A stretch of 64,000 nt of DNA from assembly GCA_965206595.1 (NCBI GenBank), contig OZ242214.1, forward strand, positions 1,632,001-1,696,000, given 5' to 3'. Positions 39,356 through 49,508 of this stretch are shown piece after piece. The DNA comes from Candidatus Latescibacterota bacterium (lineage in GTDB: Bacteria; Latescibacterota; UBA2968; UBA8231). The translations under genes were made by a program, and so were the position numbers. The stretch's first letter is position 1; every line of letters begins with the position of its first letter. Below the pieces are notes generated by a model, which made no database searches, had not been told where the DNA came from, and saw only the letters and a list, made by a program, of their open reading frames with translations.

Positions 39356-40518
39356 TGTACAGAATGGGCGAAGCGGAGCTGAAGCGGCTGCGCAGGGTGA
39401 TCGAGAGCGGCAAAATGTACCGCTATGAAGGAGGGGAGTGCGATCTCTTCGAGAAGCGTTGGGCGAGGCACGTCGGAGTCCGCTACGCGCGCATGACGCG
39501 CAGCGGCACCTCGGCCATCTACACGGCCCTGGTCGGCCTCGGGGTCGGTCCCGGCGACCAGGTGATCGTGCCGGCGTACACCTACATGGCGACCGCCCTC
39601 GGGGTCCTCAACGCCGGGGCGATTCCCGTGGTCGCCGACGTCGACGAATCCCTCACCCTGTCGCCGCAGGACCTCGAAAGGAGAATCACCCCGTTCACCC
39701 GCGCCGTGATTCCCGTGCACATGTGCGGCTTGTCCAGCGACATGAACGCGATCATGAAGATCGCCCGCAGCCGCGGCCTGCTGGTGCTCGAGGACGCCTG
39801 CCAGGCGGTCGGAGGCGGGTACCGCGGGCGCAAGCTCGGCTCCATCGGCCACGCCGGCGCCTTCAGCTTCAACTTCTTCAAGAACATTTCCTGCGGAGAG
39901 GGGGGCGCCTTCGTCGCCAAGACCCGGAAGGTATTCGACCGCGCCTCCGTGGCCGCCGACTGCTGCGCCTACTACTGGAACCCCGAGATACACAGCGACG
40001 ACGTGCAGTTCGCCGGTCACAACTTCCGCGCCTCCGAGTTCGAGGGGGCGATCATGAACGTGCAGCTGCGGCGCATCGACGGCATCCTGTCGCGCATGCG
40101 GAACCACAAGAAGGAGGTGATCGCCGCGGGGGAGCAGGCCGGCCTGCGGTCGATCCGCTACAACAGCATCGACCACGAGTGCGGCTCCCACGCCGGGTTC
40201 CTGTTCGACGACGAGGGCAGCGCGCGCCGCTTCTCCGACAGCGTCGCCGCCGCCGGGGTCCGCTCGTTCCTGCCGATGGACACCGGGCGCCACGTGTACA
40301 CCCGCTGGCACCCGATCCTGCGCGAGCAGGGGTCCCACCACCCGGCCCTCGACCCGTTCAAGATCCCCGCGAACCGGCGCTGCAGGGTGAAGTACTCCGA
40401 GGACATGTGCCGCGACTCGCTCGACATCCTGGCGCGCTCCGTCCTGATCGGCATGCACCCCGACGACTCGCGCTCGCGAGTGCGCGCCATCTGCAAGGCC
40501 GTGGCCGCGGCCGCCTGA
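39352..40518 (+). CDS. DegT/DnrJ/EryC1/StrS family aminotransferase
   Basis: SGTSA, VHMCG, EDACQA, FSFNFFKNISCGEGG. Confidence 0.9.
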   Translation: MMYRMGEAELKRLRRVIESGKMYRYEGGECDLFEKRWARHVGVRYARMTRSGTSAIYTALVGLGVGPGDQVIVPAYTYMATALGVLNAGAIPVVADVDESLTLSPQDLERRITPFTRAVIPVHMCGLSSDMNAIMKIARSRGLLVLEDACQAVGGGYRGRKLGSIGHAGAFSFNFFKNISCGEGGAFVAKTRKVFDRASVAADCCAYYWNPEIHSDDVQFAGHNFRASEFEGAIMNVQLRRIDGILSRMRNHKKEVIAAGEQAGLRSIRYNSIDHECGSHAGFLFDDEGSARRFSDSVAAAGVRSFLPMDTGRHVYTRWHPILREQGSHHPALDPFKIPANRRCRVKYSEDMCRDSLDILARSVLIGMHPDDSRSRVRAICKAVAAAA

Positions 40519-40547
40519 GAAACCGCCAACCTGATCCGAGGCTCGAA

Positions 40548-41856
40548 ATGCTTGCGACATCCAGAACCCTGACCATTCTCGTTTTCTGCGCACTTCTCCC
40601 GATCCCCGCGGGCGCCGAGGCCGAAAAATCGATCACCATCTGGTGGGCGCAGTGGGACCCCGCGGTGGGACTGCAGAAGCTCGGGGACGAGTTCGCCGCC
40701 GAGACCGGGATCGCCGTCGAGGTGCACCAGATTCCCTGGGCTTCCTACCAGGACCAGGTGTTCCTCAACTATCGGCAACAGGCAGACCGACTTCGACATC
40801 GTCGTCGGCGACAGCCAGTGGATCGGCCGCGGCGCCACCCGCGGCCTCTACCTCGAGCTGACCGACTGGCTGCCCCAGCACGTCGACATCGAGGCCATTC
40901 ACCCCCTGGCGCGCCATTTTCTGATGGAGTACCCCTCGGGCAGCGGCAGGTATTTCGCCGCCCCCTGCGAGACCGACGCCCTCGGCTTCGTGTACCGCCG
41001 GGACTGGTTCGAGGACCCTGCCGAGCAGGCGGCGTTCGCGCCAAAGTACGGCCGCGCCCTGCAGCCCCCGGACACCTGGCAGGAGTTCCGCGAGGTCGCC
41101 GAATTCTTCTACCGCCCCGATGAGAAGCGCTACGGCTGCGCCCTGCTGACCGGCCGCAGTTACGACTCGCTGGTGATGGGGTTCCAGCCCTTCCTGGGAG
41201 CCTGGGGGGGCTCCTGGGGGAACAGGGAGACCTTCGAGGTCGCCGGCCACGTCAACAGCCCCGAGGCGGTCGCCGGGTTGCAGTATCTGATCGACCTCCT
41301 GCAGTTCGCTCCCCCGGGAGGGGTAAGCGCCGACTACATGCAGGTTCTCGACGCCTTCATGAACGGATCGACGGCGATGGTCCTCGACTACTTCCCGTTC
41401 TACCCCGGGATCGTCGACGCCATGGGGGACAAGGCGGGGTTCTTCCTGGTGCCGCGCAACGGCGACAGCCGCGTCATCAGCCTCGGGGGACAGGGGTTCA
41501 GCATCTCGACCAAGGTTTCCGCGCCGCAGCAGGAGCTCGCCAAACAGTTCATCGCCTGGTTCGAGCGCACCGAAGTGCAGGAACGTTGGATCACCCATCC
41601 GGGCTGCTTCACCGCCAACACCGGGCTGCTCGCCAGCGAGGCGTTCGCCAGGGCCTACCCGTTCAACGCCGTGTTCGCGCAGTCCCTCGACTACCTGATC
41701 GACTTCTGGAACGTGCCGGTGTACAACGAGCTGCTCGCCGCGGCGCAGCGCAATCTCGGAGAGGCGCTCGACGGGGCGAAGGAGCCGCAGGCCGCCCTCG
41801 ACCAGCTCGCCGCGGAGCACGAGCTGATCATGAAGCAGGGCGGCCTGCTCGAATAG
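40548..41856 (+). pseudogene. sugar ABC transporter substrate-binding protein, frameshifted near 40771
   Basis: Signal peptide plus ITIWWAQWDP...FLN in one frame; GNRQTDFDIVVGDSQW... continues in another. Removing one A from AACTATCGGC restores AAC TTC GGC. Confidence 0.8.
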
Positions 41857-41873
41857 CCGCTGCCCGCCGAAGA

Positions 41874-42812
41874 GTGCCGGACGCGTCCGCATCCGGGAGG
41901 GCCCGGGGCGCCGCCCAACGCGGGGAGGGCAGGTTGCTGGCGTACGGATTCGTCGCCCCCGCCCTCGCCGTGCTCATCGGCGTCAACGTATTCCTTCTCC
42001 TGTACAGCATCTTCCTCAGCTTCTCGAACGCCGAGCTGACCGGTGGCGACTACCGGATGATCGGCACCCTCAACTACGGCTTCGTCTTCCTCGACCCGAA
42101 GTACGCCGCCGCCTTCCGCACCACTGCCCTGTTCGTCGTCGCCGCGGTTTCCGTCGAGCTGCTGCTCGGGTACGGGCTCGCCCTGGGGTTGCGCGCCGAC
42201 TTTCGCGGCAAGCCCGCGGTGCTGACCCTGCTCCTGGTCCCGATGATGCTGCCGGCGGCGGTGATCGGGCTGTTCTGGAAGCTGATCCTCAACGGCAGCT
42301 ACGGCGTCCTCAACCAGGCGCTGGGAGCGCTGGGCCTGCCGCAGCCGCAGTGGACGACCGACCCCGGCCTCAAGCTGTTCTCGGTGCTGATGATCGACAT
42401 CTGGATGTGGACCCCCTTCATGCTGCTGATCTCGCTGGCCGCCCTCAACTCGATCCCGGCGGCCATCTACGAGGCCGCGGCCATCGACCGCGCCTCCCCC
42501 TGGAGGCTGTTCCGCCGCATCGTTCTGCCGATGTCGGCGCCGCTGGTCGGCCTCGCGGTGCTGCTGCGGGCCACCGACGCGATCAAGCAGTTCGACCTGG
42601 TGATGGCGATCACCGGGCCGAACGACGGCGCCACGCAGACCCTGAGCGCACTGCTGTACCAGGTGATGTTCCGCGACGGCAAGGTCGGCCTCAGCTCCGC
42701 GTACTCCTACGTCGTCCTGGTGGTCGTCATCGCCTTGGCCACGGTCTTCATCCGCTACCTGCACGGCCAGCAGGGCCGCAACCTGCAGGGCGGCTCCGGG
42801 GAGGCGGCGTGA
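41874..42812 (+). CDS. carbohydrate ABC transporter permease
   Basis: WMWTPF and EAAAIDRAS (EAA motif); about six TM helices. Confidence 0.9.
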   Translation: MPDASASGRARGAAQRGEGRLLAYGFVAPALAVLIGVNVFLLLYSIFLSFSNAELTGGDYRMIGTLNYGFVFLDPKYAAAFRTTALFVVAAVSVELLLGYGLALGLRADFRGKPAVLTLLLVPMMLPAAVIGLFWKLILNGSYGVLNQALGALGLPQPQWTTDPGLKLFSVLMIDIWMWTPFMLLISLAALNSIPAAIYEAAAIDRASPWRLFRRIVLPMSAPLVGLAVLLRATDAIKQFDLVMAITGPNDGATQTLSALLYQVMFRDGKVGLSSAYSYVVLVVVIALATVFIRYLHGQQGRNLQGGSGEAA

Positions 42813-43667
42813 CTCCCCTGCGGATTCTCTTCATCGCCGCGTACGGGGCGATCTCCCTGATGCCGCTCGCCTGGCTCGGGCTGACCTCGTTCAAGTCCAA
42901 GGCGGACAGCATCAGCACGACGGCGAAGTTCCTGCCCGCGGCGGACGGGAACCCCCGAAGGCATTCGCTTCAGGCCCACCCTCGACGGCTACCGCCGCCT
43001 CGGCGAGCGCTACGCCGGGGCGCGGCACGACTACTTCCACTACCTGCTCAACACCGTCCTCATAGGGCTGGCTAGCACGGCCGCGGCCGTCGCCCTGGGC
43101 ACGACCTGCGCCTACGGATTCAGCCGCTTCCGCATCGCCGGGTCCCGGGACTGGCTGTTCTTCATCCTCTCGACCCGCTTCCTGCCGCCGCTCGCCGTGG
43201 TGATCCCGGTGCTGATGATGTACCGGCAGTTCGACCTGCAGAACACCCACGCCGGGCTGATCCTCCTCTACACCGCCTTCAACCTGTCGCTGGCGGTCTG
43301 GCTGATGAAGGGGTTCGTCGACGAGGTGCCTGCCGCATTCGAGGAGGCCGCCCTCGTCGACGGGTACTCGCGCCTGCACGCCTTCCGGCTCATCGTCGTG
43401 CCGCGGGTGCTGCCCGGGATGGCGGTGACCGCGGTGTTCTGCATGATCTCCGCCTGGAACGAGTACGGCTTCGCGATGACCTTGAACAACCAGGAGGCGG
43501 TGACCGTGCCGGTCTACTTCGCCGGGCTGCAGGGGAACGTGCAGGGCCTGCCGTGGTCGCAGATCGGCGCCGGGGTGCTGCTGTTCGTGCTGCCCATCGT
43601 CCTCTTCACCGTGCTCGTGCGCCGCCACCTGCTCAGGGGGGTGACCCTGGGGACGATCAAACGATGA
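42809..43667 (+). pseudogene. carbohydrate ABC transporter permease, frameshifted near 42950
   Basis: ...LTSFK...PAADG is followed in another frame by TPEGIRFRPTLDGY...CAYGFSRF...EEAALVDG. One extra A in GGGAACCCCC. Confidence 0.8.
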
Positions 43668-43864
43668 TCCGCGGCCTCGACCTCCTGGCGCGGGCCGGCC
43701 TGGCCGCGGGAATCTCGATGATGTTGCAGCCCTGGTGGGCGGGGGGCTTCCGCTGGGGCTTCTTCGTCACCGCCGCCTTCACCCTTCTCCACATCGCGAC
43801 CAGCCGTCTGCAGACCGGGAGCCGGGACCGGGAGAGCCCGCCCCTGTCCGGGAGCGAAGGATGA
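43664..43864 (+). CDS. small two-TM membrane protein within the ABC operon
   Basis: ATGA overlaps at both ends; hydrophobic 66-aa product. Confidence 0.7.
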   Translation: MIRGLDLLARAGLAAGISMMLQPWWAGGFRWGFFVTAAFTLLHIATSRLQTGSRDRESPPLSGSEG

Positions 43865-44937
43865 GTTTTCTCGAGATCGAGGGGCTGACCAAGACCTTCC
43901 CCGGCGGCGTCGAGGCGGTTGCCGGCATCGACCTCGTCTGCGAGGAGGGGGAGTTCGTCGTCCTGCTGGGACCTTCCGGCTGCGGCAAGACCACCACCCT
44001 GCGCATGCTCGCCGGCCTCGAGACCCCGACCAGCGGGCAGATACGGATCGCAGGGGAACCTGTGGAGGGCCTCCCCCCCGCCCGGCGCGACGTCGGCTTC
44101 GTCTTCCAGTTCTACGCCCTGTACCCGCACATGACCGTGGCCGAGAACGTCGGTTTCCCCCTGGAATGCGACGGCGTCGGCCGCGGCGAGCGCCGGGAAC
44201 GGATCGCGGCCCTGCTTGCGCAGATGCAGCTGTCCCACCTCGCCCGGCGCCGCCCCGGCCAGCTCGGCGGCGGCGATCAGCAGCGCGTCGCCCTCGCTAG
44301 GGCCCTGGTGAGGCGGCCGCGGCTCTGGCTGATGGACGAGCCCCTGGGCACCCTCGACGCCGGTATGAGGGCGGAAATGCGCGAGCTGATCCGGGAGCGG
44401 CAGGGCGCCTCCGGGATCACCACGGTGTACGTGACCCACGACCAGGAGGAGGCGATGAGCCTGGCGGATCGCGTGGTGGTGATGGACCGGGGGGAGGTCT
44501 GCCAGGCGGGGGGGCCCGCCGAGGTGTACGACGACCCGGAGAATCTGTTCGTCGCCCGCTTCATCGGCAGCCCGGGGATGAATTTCGCGGAAGGAGAGAT
44601 TGGCGGGGAACCACCTGTGTTCACCGGCTCCCTCGACCGCGAGGGAAGCGGCCGCCTCCCGGTGGAAGGAGGCAGGCCCGGTCCCGTCACCCTGGGGATC
44701 CGCCCCGAGTTCCTGCGCCCCGATCCTTCCGGCCCGCTGCCGGCCACCGTGGTCGTCGACGAGCTGCTCGGCCGCCACCGCAACCTCCACCTCGACACCC
44801 CGCTCGGCAGGGTGATCATGCGCCTGGGCGGGGAATCGGCGGAAACGCCGGAGTACCGCCCGGGGGAGCGCCTAAGCGTCACCTTCGACCAGGCGCACCT
44901 GCGCTTCTTCGATTGCGACACCGGCCGCAGGATCTGA
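43861..44937 (+). CDS. sugar ABC transporter ATP-binding protein
   Basis: GPSGCGKTT, LGGGDQQRV, MDEP, YVTHDQ, FIGSPGMN. Confidence 0.93.
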   Translation: MSFLEIEGLTKTFPGGVEAVAGIDLVCEEGEFVVLLGPSGCGKTTTLRMLAGLETPTSGQIRIAGEPVEGLPPARRDVGFVFQFYALYPHMTVAENVGFPLECDGVGRGERRERIAALLAQMQLSHLARRRPGQLGGGDQQRVALARALVRRPRLWLMDEPLGTLDAGMRAEMRELIRERQGASGITTVYVTHDQEEAMSLADRVVVMDRGEVCQAGGPAEVYDDPENLFVARFIGSPGMNFAEGEIGGEPPVFTGSLDREGSGRLPVEGGRPGPVTLGIRPEFLRPDPSGPLPATVVVDELLGRHRNLHLDTPLGRVIMRLGGESAETPEYRPGERLSVTFDQAHLRFFDCDTGRRI

Positions 44938-44939
44938 CC

Positions 44940-45998
44940 GTGGCAGTGCTGCAGATCGACAACCTCCACAAGCGCTTCGGCGACGTCGCCGCCCTGCGGG
45001 GAGTCGACCTGGCGGTCGGCGCAGACGAGACCGGGGTGGTCCTCGGGCCGACGGGAGCGGGAAAGACCACCCTGCTGCGCACCGTAGCCGGGCTGGAGAC
45101 CCCGGACGCCGGCTCGATTCTCCTGGGCGGGGAGGAGATCGACGGATGGTCCCCGGCGGCCCGGGACGTCGCCCTGGTTTTCCAGAACTTCTCACTCTAC
45201 CCCGGCTGGACGGTGCGCCGCAACCTGGAGTTTCCCCTGCGCGCTCCGGGGCGGCGGGAGACGCGGGGCGAGATCGACGAGCGCCTGCGCTGGGCTGCGG
45301 GGATGCTGCGGATAGGGCACCTGCTCGACCGGAACGCCGAACAGCTGTCGGGCGGGGAGATGCAGCGGGTGGCGATCGGCCGGGCGATCGTGCGCCGACC
45401 CCGCCTGTTCCTGATGGACGAGCCCCTGACCAATCTCGACGCCAAGCTGCGGGAGGAGCTGCGCGTCGAGCTCGTGCTCCTGCGGCGCGAGATCGGCCTG
45501 CCGATGGTGTACGTCACCCACGACTGGAGCGAGGCCCTGGCGATTGGGGACCGGCTCTTCGTCCTAGCGGATGGAGTGGTGCTGCAGCAGGGCACTCCCC
45601 GGGAGGTGTACGTGCGTCCCGCCTCACCGACGGTGGCCCGGCAGCTCGGGCTTGCCGGGACCAACATCTTTCCCGTGACCGTCGCCGAAGGCAGGGTGTG
45701 GCGGAACGGTTCCGGGGATGCCCCGGGGCTCGAGATCGGCCAGGTCGATCCGGCGTCACCACCTGTCTCGACCGAGGCGGTTATGGGTATCCGACCCGAA
45801 GACGTCGACCCGGCTGGTGGAAAACAGCCCGCGCGCGTGCTGGTCGTCGAAGAGGCGGGACCTCGGGTGACGGTGCTGGCCGAATGGGGGGGAGAGCCGA
45901 TCCACCTCGCTCTAGAACGCGCCGCGGACCGTCCGTCTCCGGGGGACACCATCTACCCGCGGCCGCGCATGGACCGCGCCATCTGGTGGCCGCGGTGA
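44940..45998 (+). CDS. second sugar ABC transporter ATP-binding protein
   Basis: GPTGAGKTT, LSGGEMQRV, MDEPL, YVTHD. Confidence 0.92.
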   Translation: MAVLQIDNLHKRFGDVAALRGVDLAVGADETGVVLGPTGAGKTTLLRTVAGLETPDAGSILLGGEEIDGWSPAARDVALVFQNFSLYPGWTVRRNLEFPLRAPGRRETRGEIDERLRWAAGMLRIGHLLDRNAEQLSGGEMQRVAIGRAIVRRPRLFLMDEPLTNLDAKLREELRVELVLLRREIGLPMVYVTHDWSEALAIGDRLFVLADGVVLQQGTPREVYVRPASPTVARQLGLAGTNIFPVTVAEGRVWRNGSGDAPGLEIGQVDPASPPVSTEAVMGIRPEDVDPAGGKQPARVLVVEEAGPRVTVLAEWGGEPIHLALERAADRPSPGDTIYPRPRMDRAIWWPR

Positions 45999-46099
45999 GT
46001 CGGGTGGTGGTTCACCGCCCCCACCCCGAGCCGGAGACAGGCAGGGCGACGGTACGCGACATAGCCGCCTTCCTCGAAGCTACGGGAGTCAAGCCATGA
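45995..46099 (+). pseudogene. hicA: C-terminal remnant of HicA toxin
   Basis: 34 codons, SRVVVHRPHPEPETGRATVRDIAAFLEATGVKP. This matches the HRPHP...FL...GVKP end of HicA-family toxins and overlaps the hicB start; the N-terminal half is missing. Confidence 0.75.
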
Positions 46100-46443
46100 T
46101 GGAATACAAGGGATACACCGCCAAGATAGAATTCGACGATTCCGTGGGCCGACTTCACGGGCGGGTCGTCAACAGCGGCCCCTATCCGATTGCCACCTTT
46201 GAAGCCACCGACGTCGAGGGGATCAGGCGGGAGTTCCACCGTTCCATAGACGAATACCTCGCTTCCTGCGAGGAAGATGGAATCCAGCCCCGAAAGCCAT
46301 TCTCAGGCAAGCTCAACCTTCGGCTGGGCCCTGACCTGCATCAGCGCGTGGCACAGTTTGCGGCCGAGAGCGGATTGAGCATGAACAGCTGGATTCTGCA
46401 GGCGCTCGAAAAAAGCGTGTCCCCCGAGGTCGAAGCTCGTTGA
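46096..46443 (+). CDS. hicB: HicB family antitoxin
   Basis: MEYKGYTAKIEFD...SIDEYL..C...G..PRKPFSGKLNLR...LH...SMNSW. Confidence 0.92.
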   Translation: MMEYKGYTAKIEFDDSVGRLHGRVVNSGPYPIATFEATDVEGIRREFHRSIDEYLASCEEDGIQPRKPFSGKLNLRLGPDLHQRVAQFAAESGLSMNSWILQALEKSVSPEVEAR

Positions 46444-46563
46444 TGCGATTCTGGTTGCAATTGAGGGCAGGTAGAGCAACTAGGGGAAATCGAGTCTCCT
46501 ATGGCGCAGACAGACAATCCGCCCTTCAGGTTGATCCGTTCGCTCCGTAAGGGAGAAATTAAC

Positions 46564-48643
46564 ATGGATAACTTCGCGATGTTCGCGATGGGGGCAGTAG
46601 CCCTTGGCATCGCGGCATTCTCGTTGATTTCCCGCGCCAAGAGGGTGAGGAACCTTGCTCACCTACGCGCCCGAGCGGAGGCTGGGGATACCTCAGCTCA
46701 GCCTCGGGCGCATGTACTCAACGGGTAACGGTGTGCCCCTGGATTCTGTTGAAGCGGTTCGGCGGTATCGCCAGGCAGCGGAGCAGGGGAATGCTTCAGC
46801 ACAGTTCATCCTCGGGGGCATGTACGCCGAGGGTAGCGGTGTGTCACAGGATGATGACGAAGCGTTTCGGTGGTTTCGCCAGGCAGCCGATCAAGGCGAT
46901 GCCGGAGCCCAGTACAAACTTGCGGACATGTACTCCTTGGGTATTGGAGTGTCTCAGGATGATGTCGAAGCAGCTCGGGGGTTCCGCCAGGCAGCAGTGC
47001 AGGGGAAGGACTCCGCACAGTACTGTCTCGGGCTCATGTACGAGGCCGGGAAGGGTGTGCCTCAAGATGATGTGGAAGCCTTTCGGTGGTTCTCCCAGGC
47101 AGCTGATCAAGGCAACATCTATGCATTAGGCCGTCTTGATTTGCCCCGGTATTTAGCCGTATCCGAGCGGTGCGACGCTTTAGCCGCGGCGGAGCAGGGC
47201 GATGTCGAAGCGCAGGTCAAACTCGGATTCATGTGCGCCAAGGGTAGGGGTGGAGCGCAGGGTGCTGCCGAAGCCGCCCGGTGGTTCCACCAAGCAGCTG
47301 AGCAGGGAAACGTGGAAGCCCAGGTCCAACTGGGATTCATATGCTATGGGAAGGATGATTTTGAAGCGGTTCGATGGTTCCGCCAAGCAGCCGAGAAGGG
47401 CCGCCTCGAAGCGCAAGTCCAACTCGGGCATATGTTCGAATCGGGCCAAGGTGTGTCTCAGGATGCTGCCGAAGCGGCTCGGTGGTACCGAATGGCAGGC
47501 GAGCAAGGCAACGTTTCGGCCCAGCGCAGTCTCGGGAGCATGTACAAATCGGGCCGAGGTGTTTCTCAGGATGTTGCCGAAGCGATCCGGTGGTACCGAA
47601 TGGCAGCCGATCAGGGGGACGCCCTCGCGGAGCTTGAGATAAGATGCGCAGAGCATATGACCAAGTTGAAAAGGGTATCGCAAAGGTTGAAAAAGGAAAT
47701 TTTCAAGGCCAAGGACGAAAAGGTTAGGTTGTTCAACGAAATGGCTTTCCATGACGCAGTGCGGGACGCCGAGCAGGTGACCAAGGAGGCTTTCACCGAG
47801 GATCCCAGTGTGCCACAGGATGATACCGAAGTTTTTCGGAGGTTGCGGCAAGCAGCCGAGAATGGCAACCCCATAGGGCAGGTCAAACTCGGATTGATGT
47901 ATTCCTTAGGCAGGGGAGTGACCCAGAACGATGTCGAAGCGGTTCAGTGGTATCGGCTGGCAGCCGATCAGGGCAACCTCTCTGCCCAGGGCATTCTCGG
48001 GTCCCTGTACGCTGGGGGCCGGGGAGTGCAACAGGATGATGTCGAAGCAGTTCGATGGTATCGCAAGGCGGCGGATCAAGGCTGCACCTCAGCGCAGTAC
48101 AATCTCGGGCGAATGTATTCCGACGGTCGCGGTGTTTCTCAGGATGATTCCGAAGCCGTTCGGTGGTACCGCAAGGCGGCCGAGCAGGGGAATGCCCAGG
48201 CGCAGGCCAGGCTCGGGTTCAGTTACGCCCGGGGTCTCGGGGTGTCCAAGGATGATGCCAAAGCGGTTCGGTGGTTTCGCCAGGCTGGAAATCAGGCTCC
48301 CTCCGATTTTCAGGTCAGTCTCGGGGGCATGTACGCGGGGGGTCACGGTGTGTCTCAGGATGATGCCGAAGCGGTTCGGTGGTACCGCCTGGCAACCGAC
48401 CAGAGCGACGCCTCAGGACAGTACAATCTCGGGATGATGTACGACGAGGGTCGCGGTGTGCCGCAGGATTTCGTCGCTGCACACATGTGGTTCAACTTGG
48501 CTACTGCCCGAGCAACTGGAGAGGATCGCGAGCGGGCGAAAAAGGCCCGTGATGCAGTCGCGGAAAAAATGACCACGAAGGCGCTCGTCGAGGCACACCG
48601 CTTGGCGCGTGAATGGGAAACGGACCACCCGATGTCGCAGTAG
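46564..48643 (+). pseudogene. membrane-anchored Sel1-repeat protein (~14 repeats), frameshifted at 46693-46702
   Basis: ATG 46564 after GGGAG encodes a TM helix then AEAGDTSAQ; LSLGRMY and the repeats A.QG...AQ..LG.MY..G.GV.QD..EA.RW continue in another frame. Confidence 0.85.
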
Positions 48644-49508
48644 CATCCGAAGTGCCGCGGATCAACAATATACTCCCATCACTGGTCGAAATTCCTTTAA
48701 CATTTAACCTTCCCAAATTTCTGAAGAATGTAATTCCAGACTTCAGGGAGATCAGATGGATCAAGAGGTCATTGTGAAGGAGGTCGAAATCAAAAGTTGG
48801 GAAGGGTTTCTGTCTAAGGTCTCTCAACTGGATTCCCTTCCCGAGGAGTTCGTGTATAGAGGACAAAAGGACAGTTCGTGGAGCCTACAGCCCAGCCTTG
48901 CCAGAATATGGGACTGCTTTTCCAATGCAAGGGAAAACGAGGTGCGAATCAGTGATGTGTTTTTGAGGAGATCGACCACGTTACTTAGCCCGAATATCTT
49001 TGGAGAACTCATTCGGCATAACAACATTCTCCAATGGTGGGCGCAAATGAGGCATCACGGGGCGCCCACGCGAATACTGGACTGGACCAGATCTCCCTTT
49101 GTAGCGGCTTACTTTGCCTGCGAATCCGGATGTAAATCAGGCGCTGTGTGGTGTTTGAATCGGACAAAATTTCACAACCTCAGCATGTCAGAGACAAACA
49201 AAATCCAGGAATCCTACAGCGCTTTCGTAACATACCTTGGATCAATACCTGACATTGAAGACCGGAAAACAATGGAGCGGATGTTGTACGGAGAAGATCA
49301 ACCGCACTTGGTTGCGTTCGCGGATACGAACCTCTTGACGGACCGCATGGAAAGACAACAAGGGTTGTTTTCCTACAGCAACCTTCCCCACATAGATCAC
49401 GCAGATGGGTTAGGAAATTACCCTGGGGTTCTCACCAAGCTCGTTATCTCCGACGGCATTCGTTTTGACCTCAAAAGAGAGTTCATGCATCAATTGCGGT
49501 TGATGAAC

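Noticed and set aside
46700-48500. Periodic repeats as a possible CRISPR array
   Set aside because: The 108-bp period is in-frame, degenerate Sel1 coding repetition; there are no identical repeats with unique spacers and no cas genes.
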